Origin: Flavobacteriales bacterium
GTDB lineage: Bacteria > Bacteroidota > Bacteroidia > Flavobacteriales > UBA7430
Assembly: GCA_024959975.1 (NCBI GenBank)
Contig: JANXFM010000143.1
Coordinates: forward strand, 1 to 35,951
DNA length: 35,951 bases
Direction: 5' to 3'
Part shown: positions 7,549-14,904 of the stretch, in pieces
Position numbering within the stretch: the stretch's first letter is position 1
Layout: every line of letters begins with the position of its first letter
Position numbers and translations under genes: made by a program
Notes under the pieces: model-generated
Told to the model about the DNA's origin: nothing
Seen by the model: only the letters and a program-made list of their open reading frames with translations
Database searches by the model: none

Positions 7549-8687
7549 ATGACCCATCTAAAAGAAGTAAAAACAAAAGGCCAATTAAAAAAATTTGTAA
7601 AATTTCCTTTCAAACTTTACAAAGGAAATTCTTGCTGGGTCCCACCCATTATAAAAGATGAAATAGCCTTATTTGATAAAACTAAAAATCCCGTTTTTAA
7701 ACATGCAAATGCCAGACTCTTTTTAGCACTAGAAAATAATGAAATCGTTGGTAGAATTGCCGCTATTATCAACCGTACCGAAATCAACAATCAAGGGCTT
7801 AAAAAAATGCGTTTTGGCTGGTTTGATTTTATCGATAACATAGAAGTTTCTAAACAATTACTTGACAAGGTCGAGGAAATAGGACGGGAAAATAAATTGA
7901 AATTCATGGAAGGTCCGGTTGGATTTTCAAACCTCGATAAAGTGGGTGTGCTAACTGAAGGTTTTGACCACCTTAGCACTATGGTTACCTAGTATAACCA
8001 TCCTTATTATGTGAATCACTTCGAAACATTGGGGTTTGCCGTTGAAAAAATATATTTGGAGAACAAATTTCTTTTTGAAAATGTAAAAAGAGAACCACTA
8101 GAGCGAATTAGTAGGCTCATTAAAAAACGTTACCAAATCCGTTCACTTAATTTTACAAAAACAAAAGAACTGCTTCCCTATATTGATGAAATGTTTGATC
8201 TATTTAATGAAAGCTATGCATCCTTAACGTCATTTGTTCCGATTTCTAATGAAGAAAAATTCTATTTAATAGATAAATACATTCAGCACATAAATCCTGA
8301 GTATATTAAATTTGTACTTGATAAAAACGGAAAAATAATCGCTTTTGCCGTTATCATGCTTTCATATGCACAAGCTTTACAAAAGGCAAACGGAAGTTTA
8401 TTTCCATTTGGATTTTTTCATCTGCTAAAAGCAAAAAAACAAGCAAAGATGTTGTTCTCAATCTCATTGGCATCCATCCCACTTATCAAAAAAAAGGGAT
8501 ACACGCTCTACTTTTTCTGGACCTCCAGAATTCTTGTGAACAAAATGGTATTAAAAATTGTATTAGAACACCTGAACTTATCGAAAATGTTTCAATTGCC
8601 GCCATTTGGAAAAATTTCAACCCCATTACTCACAAAAAACGTTGTACCTATAAAAAAAACCTCTCAACAATTGTTGAGAGGTTTTAA
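7549..8687 (+). pseudogene. GNAT-like acyl-CoA N-acyltransferase (~379-codon family), disrupted by an in-frame TAG and a -1 frameshift
   Basis: ORFs 7549..7992 and 8011..8694 are a single gene. The sequence reads ...EGFDHLSTMVT-TAG(7990-7992)-YNHPYYVNHFETLGF... in one frame. After ~8431-8448 the coherent protein continues in the -1 frame as DVVLNLIGIHPTYQKKGIHALLFLDLQNSCEQNGIKNCIRTPELIENVSIAAIWKNFNPITHKKRCTYKKNL...* (stop 8685-8687), including a GNAT motif-A-like YQKKGIHA. The track frame gives low-complexity nonsense over the same stretch. Confidence 0.7.
8652..8685. terminator. Bidirectional rho-independent terminator between the GNAT-like pseudogene and the porin gene
   Basis: Perfect 22-nt palindrome CCTCTCAACAA/TTGTTGAGAGG (8660-8681), flanked by A8 (8652-8659) and T4 (8682-8685). 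Confidence 0.8.
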
Positions 8688-8712
8688 AAAATAATCTTAA
8701 ACGTATTTCTTC

Positions 8713-9678
8713 TTAAAACTTATACTGCAAGTTCATAAAAATGGAGTTTTCAGCATTCCCTTCTTCCGGAGTGAAACCTTGTAAATTTGCGGAAACAGAC
8801 ACGCCTTTTACAGGGCGATATTCTAAACCGGCAATCACATAATCACCATTTTTAGAGTCATGACCACCTTCACCGCAAGAAACCATATCATAACGTGCAA
8901 ATACTCCTACATGATCATTTACATAATAGGTTCCATAAGCAGACACAATATTGTAATCGGCTCCCTCAATATTACCATGAGCAGACTGAGTATTGTATTC
9001 AGCACCCAAACGTAAATCCTCGGCTTTATAACCTATAAATAATGCCATTGTATTTTGGGAAGGGAAAGAAACCAATGTAGAATCTTCTTCAGAACCCTCA
9101 TCAGATTTAGACATCATATCGGTATAAATACGTAGCGTTAATTCATCAACAGGCTTAAGTGTTAAACCAAAACCTTTTTTCATGTTTGCATCACTTTGGT
9201 TCTTTTTGTATCCTTCGCCATTTACCATAGTAAAGTCAACAGCAACCATATCGTGAAGTTTGTAATCTGCAGTTAAACCCATATCGGCTGAAGGACCCAT
9301 TTTAAAGGCATCTTGAGCCGATTTTTGAATGTAACGATAGCCCCAGTTTTTCTCTTGAACTTTAAACTGCTTTAATTCTACCTGACCAAAGTTTACAGTT
9401 AATTTATCTGAAGCCTTCCATTGTAATGCAGCTACTTTTAAATATGCAGTACGCGCATATGTATCTGCCCCACCAACATCTAAGGTTAATTTAGCACTCC
9501 AGGCATCGCTATATTGGTATTTATAACCAAAATAAGCCCTTGTAATTCCAAATTCAGCAGCTTCATCATTTACACTGTAGTTGAAATTGGAGAAGATTTT
9601 ACCATGTACTTTCCCATCTTGTGCATGTGCAAGGTTAAGACCTGCAAACATTAATGCAATTGTAAAAAACTTTTTCAT
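8713..9678 (-). CDS. Outer-membrane beta-barrel porin (possibly phosphate/anion-selective, OprO/P-like)
   Basis: 321 aa with signal peptide MKKFFTIALMFAGLNLAHAQ, alternating amphipathic beta-strand pattern, and C-terminal ...NLQYKF. The selectivity call rests on context only. Confidence 0.7.
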   Translation of the reverse strand: MKKFFTIALMFAGLNLAHAQDGKVHGKIFSNFNYSVNDEAAEFGITRAYFGYKYQYSDAWSAKLTLDVGGADTYARTAYLKVAALQWKASDKLTVNFGQVELKQFKVQEKNWGYRYIQKSAQDAFKMGPSADMGLTADYKLHDMVAVDFTMVNGEGYKKNQSDANMKKGFGLTLKPVDELTLRIYTDMMSKSDEGSEEDSTLVSFPSQNTMALFIGYKAEDLRLGAEYNTQSAHGNIEGADYNIVSAYGTYYVNDHVGVFARYDMVSCGEGGHDSKNGDYVIAGLEYRPVKGVSVSANLQGFTPEEGNAENSIFMNLQYKF

Positions 9679-9702
9679 CGTGTTTTTTTCAAGTTTCTAA
9701 TG

Positions 9703-9769
9703 CAAATCTAACAGGTCGTCAGACAAATCAGGTTAATCACTATTTAAAAGTGTGTTAAGGAATTGTAAA
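9703..9769 (-). promoter_or_regulatory. Putative response-regulator (Pho-box-like) site plus promoter of the porin gene
   Basis: Minus strand reads TTTACA(9769-9764)-N5-TTAACA(9758-9753)-N5-TTAAAT(9747-9742)-N5-TTAACC(9736-9731), then a 20-nt spacer containing TTTG, then TAGATTTG (9710-9703, matching TAnnTTTG), 24 nt before ATG 9678. Confidence 0.45.
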
Positions 9770-9889
9770 CAAATATTTGATTATTATGCTAATAATATAC
9801 CACCAACAAGCAGTCTCAATTGTAGATTACAATCAAACTGTCATTAGTAAAAGAGAAACTCTAAACTAAACGAAAAAAAACATCAATAC

Positions 9890-10183
9890 TTACTGACAAT
9901 CACGAACAGACTTCACTGCAGCAATCAAGCCAACATGACTTACAGAGTAATAGGTGTTTTTTCCTACTCGTTCTGAACTGAGTACTCTCTTATTCTTTAA
10001 AGTGTTAAGATGATGTGATGCGATTGCCTGCTCTATTCTTAATGCTTTAAAAATTTCGGTAACCGACATACGAGGAGACTCTTCCAACAACTCAACTATA
10101 GAAATTCGAATGGGATGTCCAAGAACCTTTAACATCGAAGCAGCGGCAAGCAAAGCTTCTGAATTTAGATTTAATACTTTCAT
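9890..10183 (-). CDS. ArsR/SmtB-family winged-helix transcriptional regulator (no canonical metal-binding Cys motif)
   Basis: 97 aa with LKVLGHPIRISIVELL...MSVTEIFKAL...QAIASHHLNTLKNKRVL...G...YYS. Confidence 0.85.
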   Translation of the reverse strand: MKVLNLNSEALLAAASMLKVLGHPIRISIVELLEESPRMSVTEIFKALRIEQAIASHHLNTLKNKRVLSSERVGKNTYYSVSHVGLIAAVKSVRDCQ

Positions 10184-10214
10184 TTTATGGAGGGGGTTTT
10201 TCGTTATACTGCCC

Positions 10215-10222
10215 CAAATATA
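10215..10222 (-). promoter_or_regulatory. -7 promoter box for the ArsR-family gene
   Basis: Minus-strand TATATTTG, 31 nt upstream of ATG 10183. Confidence 0.35.
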
Positions 10223-10381
10223 AGCATTTGTATTTAAACAATCAACCTTATACCTATTTATAACTATATTTTATTCAATTACAAAACATACTTTCTATTA
10301 AAAAATAACCATTAGATGAAGCTAATATAATATATACATTTTAAACTATTTAGTAATTAGAATCCTAAGAACACGAAAACA

Positions 10382-11824
10382 TTATATTTCTTTTCTTAAA
10401 CGGGCAACAGGGATTCCAAGTTGCTCTCTATATTTTGCAACTGTTCTTCTAGCTATAGAGTAACCTTTCTCCTTTAATAGATCCACCAACCTGGCATCAG
10501 TTAGAGGTTTAATTTTATCTTCTTGTTGAACAACCTCATCCAATATCATTTTAATTTCTTTGGTCGAAACATCCTCACCCTGATCGTTTTTCATAGACTC
10601 AGAGAAAAAATATTTAATCAGGAAAGTGCCATAAGGGGTATCTAAATATTTACTGTTTGCAACTCTAGATACCGTAGAAACATCCATTCCAATCCGATCA
10701 GCAATATCTTTAAGAATCATCGGTTTTAGCATGCGCTCATCTCCGGTAAGAAGATAATCCTGCTGGAAATTCATTATGGAAGTCATGGTTAACATTAATG
10801 TATGGTGCCTTTGACGAATAGCATCGATAAACCACTTTGCAGAATCTAATTTTTGCTTTACAAAAAGCACAGCTTCTTTCTGTTCCTTATTCTCACTATT
10901 ATTGGATTCTTTGTAACCCTGCAACAACTCTTTAAAAGAACTATTAACCCTCAGCTCAGGAATCATCCCGGTATTCATAGTTAAATCCAACTGTCCGTCT
11001 ACTATTGATATTCTAAAATCAGGAATAATATGCTGCACTACTTTAGATGAACCAAAAGCCCCGGGCTTAGGATTTAACCTAGAAATCTCTTTTAACGACT
11101 TCTTCAAAAGATCTTCCGGGACAGACAAACTTGATCGTAATTTATCATAATGCTTCTTTGATAAAGCATTAAAATGATTGGAAACTATTTCTCTTGCTAA
11201 TCCAATAGATTCATTCGTTGACTTTTCACTTAACTGAATTTGCAAACACTCTTGTAAATTTCTGGCTCCTATTCCGGAAGGCTCAAAATCCTGAATAACT
11301 TTTAAAACCTGCAAAACCTCTTGCTCACTGCTTATAATATTTTGAGTAAAAGCAAGATCATCAACTATGGCAGAAAGCTCTCTTCTAATGTATCCATTAT
11401 CATTCACACAACCAATTAGGAACAAACCTATTTGATACTGATGGCTATCAAGATCCCTAAGGACAAGTTGTTTTTCTAAAATCTCAATTGAACTAACCCC
11501 CATTGCCACAGGAATTGACTTCTCTTCTTGATCTGAACTGGTATTATTTGCTACTAAACGATAACGAGGTGTTTCATCATCACTCAAATACTCATCTATA
11601 TTAATTTCCTGAGCCTCTATACGTTGCTCTTCGCCCGTATCGTAATCTTCAGTCTCTGACGCATCAGTATGCTCTGTAACTTCTTCAATAGCTGGATTCT
11701 CCTCCAACTCTTCTTTAACTTTTTGCTCTAACTCAATGGTCGGAAGCTGTATAAGCCTCATCAACTTAATCTGTTGAGGCGAAAGCTTCTGTGCTAACTT
11801 TTGCTGTAGAGACTGCTTTAACAT
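10382..11824 (-). CDS. rpoN: RNA polymerase sigma-54 factor
   Basis: 480 aa with the N-terminal Q/L-rich region (MLKQSLQQKLAQKLSPQQI), an acidic linker, and the C-terminal RpoN box ARRTVAKYREQLGI. It starts 6 nt after the asnS stop, so it is probably co-transcribed. Confidence 0.95.
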   Translation of the reverse strand: MLKQSLQQKLAQKLSPQQIKLMRLIQLPTIELEQKVKEELEENPAIEEVTEHTDASETEDYDTGEEQRIEAQEINIDEYLSDDETPRYRLVANNTSSDQEEKSIPVAMGVSSIEILEKQLVLRDLDSHQYQIGLFLIGCVNDNGYIRRELSAIVDDLAFTQNIISSEQEVLQVLKVIQDFEPSGIGARNLQECLQIQLSEKSTNESIGLAREIVSNHFNALSKKHYDKLRSSLSVPEDLLKKSLKEISRLNPKPGAFGSSKVVQHIIPDFRISIVDGQLDLTMNTGMIPELRVNSSFKELLQGYKESNNSENKEQKEAVLFVKQKLDSAKWFIDAIRQRHHTLMLTMTSIMNFQQDYLLTGDERMLKPMILKDIADRIGMDVSTVSRVANSKYLDTPYGTFLIKYFFSESMKNDQGEDVSTKEIKMILDEVVQQEDKIKPLTDARLVDLLKEKGYSIARRTVAKYREQLGIPVARLRKEI

Positions 11825-11830
11825 ATAGGA

Positions 11831-13270
11831 TTAAAAATCTGCGTTTTTTGGAGTTCTTGGAAAAGGAATAACATCTCGAATATTACCCATACCTGTTACG
11901 AACAATACCAATCTTTCGAAACCTAAGCCAAAACCACTATGTGGTACTGTACCAAATTTTCTAGAATCAAGATACCACCACAATTCATGCTCCGGAATAT
12001 CCATCTCCTGCATTCTGGATTTCAGAATATCTAATCGTTCCTCTCTTTGAGAACCTCCAATAATTTCTCCAATACCCGGAAATAACACGTCCATAGCTCG
12101 GACAGTTTTTCCATCGTCATTCATGCGCATATAAAATGCCTTTATATCTTTAGGGTAATCCGTAATTATAACGGGTTTTTTAAATTTTTTCTCTACCAAA
12201 TATCTTTCGTGCTCTGATTGGAAATCAGCGCCCCACTCTTCAATTAGATACTTAAATTTCTTTTTCTTATTAGGCTTAGAATTTCTTAAAATATCATACG
12301 CCTCTGTGTAAGTTATGCGTTCAAAATCATTCTCAATTACAAATTGGAGCTTTTCAATAAGGCCCATTTCCTGACGTTCTTCTTTTTTCTTATGCTTTTC
12401 TTCTTCCTGCAAACGCTTGTCTAGGAATTCTAAATCTTCTCTGCAATGATTAAGTGCATAAGAACACAAATATTGAAGCATATCTTGTGCCAGGTCCATA
12501 TCTTCGTTTAAATCGGCAAAAGCCACTTCAGGCTCTATCATCCAAAATTCTGCCAAGTGACGAGAAGTATTGGAGTTTTCTGCCCTAAAAGTTGGGCCAA
12601 AAGTATAGACTTTCCCAAGTGCCAATGCAGCCATTTCTGCTTCTAACTGCCCCGAAACCGTTAAATTCGTTTCTTTCCCAAAAAAATCTTGCGTATAATC
12701 AACTCCACCTTCTTCTGTTAAAGGAGTGTTCACTTTATCTAAAGTACTTACCGCAAACATCTCTCCGGCACCTTCACAGTCAGAACCGGTAATTATCGGC
12801 GTATGTACATTCGAAAATCCCTTTTGATTAAAGAAGTTATGAATGGCAAAAGTCATTGCATGTCGAACACGAAATATAGCTCCGAACGTATTTGTTCTAA
12901 ATCTTAAATGAGCATTTTCTCTTAAAAATTCTAATGAGTGTTTTTTCGGTTGCAATGGATATTCTTCCGGATTCGCTACACCTAACACCTCAATAGATTC
13001 TGCTAAAAGCTCTATAGCTTGCCCAGAACCTTTTGATTGCACTAATTTTCCATTTACGGAAATACTAGCCCCTGTATGAATCAGCTTTAAAATATCCTCA
13101 GCAATATTATTTTCAGCTACAACCTGAATATTATTTATGGTTGAACCATCATTTAAAGCAATAAATGAAACGTTCTTACTGCCTCTCTTTGTTCTTACCC
13201 ATCCTTTTAGGTTTACCAAATTTTCTCCGGCCTCTAAATTCAGGGCTTCTTTTACTTCTATCCTGTTCAT
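11831..13270 (-). CDS. asnS: Asparagine--tRNA ligase
   Basis: 479 aa class IIb aaRS with an N-terminal OB fold and [21 protein letters not shown]...GFGLGFERL. Confidence 0.95.
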   Translation of the reverse strand: MNRIEVKEALNLEAGENLVNLKGWVRTKRGSKNVSFIALNDGSTINNIQVVAENNIAEDILKLIHTGASISVNGKLVQSKGSGQAIELLAESIEVLGVANPEEYPLQPKKHSLEFLRENAHLRFRTNTFGAIFRVRHAMTFAIHNFFNQKGFSNVHTPIITGSDCEGAGEMFAVSTLDKVNTPLTEEGGVDYTQDFFGKETNLTVSGQLEAEMAALALGKVYTFGPTFRAENSNTSRHLAEFWMIEPEVAFADLNEDMDLAQDMLQYLCSYALNHCREDLEFLDKRLQEEEKHKKKEERQEMGLIEKLQFVIENDFERITYTEAYDILRNSKPNKKKKFKYLIEEWGADFQSEHERYLVEKKFKKPVIITDYPKDIKAFYMRMNDDGKTVRAMDVLFPGIGEIIGGSQREERLDILKSRMQEMDIPEHELWWYLDSRKFGTVPHSGFGLGFERLVLFVTGMGNIRDVIPFPRTPKNADF

Positions 13271-13299
13271 TTTCTTCTAAATATCGTAGCTTGTTTAAG

Positions 13300-13307
13300 C
13301 AAATTTA
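13300..13307 (-). promoter_or_regulatory. -7 promoter box for asnS-rpoN
   Basis: Minus-strand TAAATTTG, 29 nt upstream of ATG 13270. Confidence 0.4.
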
Positions 13308-13744
13308 ATTTTTTTCATTGGAACTTTAACTATAAGCCTCTCCAAATAATCTGACTTTTATTCGTTTGGTATTGTTTTTGATGAAAGGCGATGAAATTTC
13401 GAAAAATGCTTTTAAAGAGAAAATAGAATTCCGGTTTTAACATCTTTAAAAGGTGATGAATTAGCAAGAAGTTTTAATTACACAGAAGCGATATATATTT
13501 TCGTAAGTTTATGTTTACAGGATATTTCCATATCTAAAATGATAAACTCGTTCTTGAGAACCTACACAACCACAACGAATTAGTTGCACTCAAACAAACT
13601 AAACCACCTAAAATTCTAACTAAAACCTTTCAAGTCCAATGTTTTGGTCAGAATTAATCATTTCGGGTAACAACAATCCTAAAATAAAGCCTAAAACAGA
13701 TAATAAACTATACTGCTGCCTATGCACTTCGTTAATGGTTGAGT

Positions 13745-14488
13745 TTATTCTTTTGGCGAAAGAATATTTAAAACCTCTTCTGCATGAACCATGAAATAAC
13801 TCTGATCTAAAATAATCTGATTTAATGAATCTTTTGCCTCATTTATCTCGCCTGCTTGGACGAGTGCCAAAGACAAATACCATTTCCTTTGATTGGCAAA
13901 ACGACTAGACGCATCCATGAGCTCAAATTGATTGACGGCCCCTAATGCCTTACCTTTTGCCAGTAAGGCTACTCCTTTATAAAAAAGCACTTCATTCTTA
14001 AATTCCTTATTTCTTAGCATTAATTTATCAAAACCTAAAATAGCCTTATCATATTGCTTAGACTCATACAACTCCATAACTTCTACAAACTCTAAATTGA
14101 AAGCCTCTACAGAACCAGAAGATTCAACAGGTTCTATAACATTTGGATAAGGTCTGAAATACTCTTCAAATATTAATTTAGTTTCTATTTCTGGATTAGA
14201 AATTGTGTAGTTAACAATAAAACCAATCAAAAGCCCTAAAGCCACGCAATAACCCAACATTCTTTTGGTGAAAATTGTATGATCAGACTTTCTACTATGA
14301 ATTTGATCTTCAAAACTCCGAAACCCTCTCTTCATTTTACGAGATCGAGCATCTTTTAATCCACCAATTACCTGCTCATATTGCTTTACTTCATCTCTAA
14401 ATTTACTGTCGCGCCCAAGCTCATCTTCAAACAATCGAAGCTCTTCCTCTGATAATTCTTCATCGAAATACCGTTCAATGAAATCCAT
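13745..14488 (-). CDS. Anti-sigma-factor-like membrane protein with an extracytoplasmic TPR-like domain
   Basis: MDFIERYFDEELSEEELRLFEDEL...DSKFRDEV is a typical Bacteroidota anti-sigma/FecR-type N-terminus. It is followed by one TM segment (MLGYCVALGLLIGFIV) and TPR-like repeats (YESKQYDKAILGFDKL...). I prefer ATG 14488 over the track's GTG 14509. Confidence 0.65.
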   Translation of the reverse strand: MDFIERYFDEELSEEELRLFEDELGRDSKFRDEVKQYEQVIGGLKDARSRKMKRGFRSFEDQIHSRKSDHTIFTKRMLGYCVALGLLIGFIVNYTISNPEIETKLIFEEYFRPYPNVIEPVESSGSVEAFNLEFVEVMELYESKQYDKAILGFDKLMLRNKEFKNEVLFYKGVALLAKGKALGAVNQFELMDASSRFANQRKWYLSLALVQAGEINEAKDSLNQIILDQSYFMVHAEEVLNILSPKE

Positions 14489-14868
14489 TTTTTCGGAATC
14501 AAAAATCACTACAACTCGTTTACTTTATCACTAAACATTTTGCCCATAAGAGCATTTAAATATCCACAAATTTGAGTTTTAACACTCCAAACAGGATATA
14601 AAGCAAAGGTAATGCAATTTATTAATTTATCGAAATATGACGATAGCATTAAAAATGCTCCGATACACATGATCCGAAAAAGATATTCACTAAGGTAAAC
14701 GCCTAATAATCAACACATAATTTCACGATATTTAAATTGTTTTAGCAAACAGACTTCTAATTATTTTCCAGTATCTTAATGAAATACATTGCGTACCCTT
14801 AATTTATATGCATAAATTTACTCCGACAATAAATTTTGACCCAATAATTTAATCTACTGATAGTTTAG

Positions 14869-14876
14869 TACATTTG
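14869..14876 (+). promoter_or_regulatory. -7 promoter box for dxs
   Basis: TACATTTG, 28 nt upstream of the TTG start at 14905. Confidence 0.4.
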
Positions 14877-14904
14877 TACTCATATATTTTAAAATCTAAT
14901 TCCT

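Noticed and set aside
7990-7992. Possibility that the in-frame TAG in the GNAT-like gene, or the korA/GNAT frameshifts, reflect stop-codon reassignment or programmed recoding.
   Set aside because: TAG terminates at least three well-defined genes in this window (rpmF, the PiT-like gene, the FtsX-type permease). The same gene also carries an unrelated frameshift. No slippery heptamer plus downstream structure is evident at the shift sites.
9819-9833. Perfect palindrome ATTGTA-gat-TACAAT between the porin promoter and the 3' end of the ArsR-family gene, considered as an operator.
   Set aside because: Six-bp arms in AT-rich intergenic DNA are expected by chance a few times per window. It lies about 140 nt upstream of the porin ATG and downstream of the ArsR-family gene rather than in its promoter. 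There is no second copy.
13378-13727. Duplicated AAAGG(C/T)GATGAA segments giving TPR-like peptide fragments on the plus strand (KGDEISKNAF... / KGDELARSFNYTEAI...), and a 35-codon GTG-initiated hydrophobic ORF on the minus strand (13620-13727).
   Set aside because: The fragments are interrupted by stops, are very short, and the similarity is only a few residues. The minus-strand ORF has no ATG and no promoter or coupling signal. This is not distinguishable from noise.
14509-14670. 53-codon minus-strand ORF read as a remnant of an ECF sigma factor region 4.
   Set aside because: Only the short SVKTQ...AL... stretch resembles region 4.2, and the spacing to the expected preceding helix is wrong. 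The upstream frames show stops and no region-2 motifs. It is kept only as a low-weight remark within the orphan anti-sigma finding.
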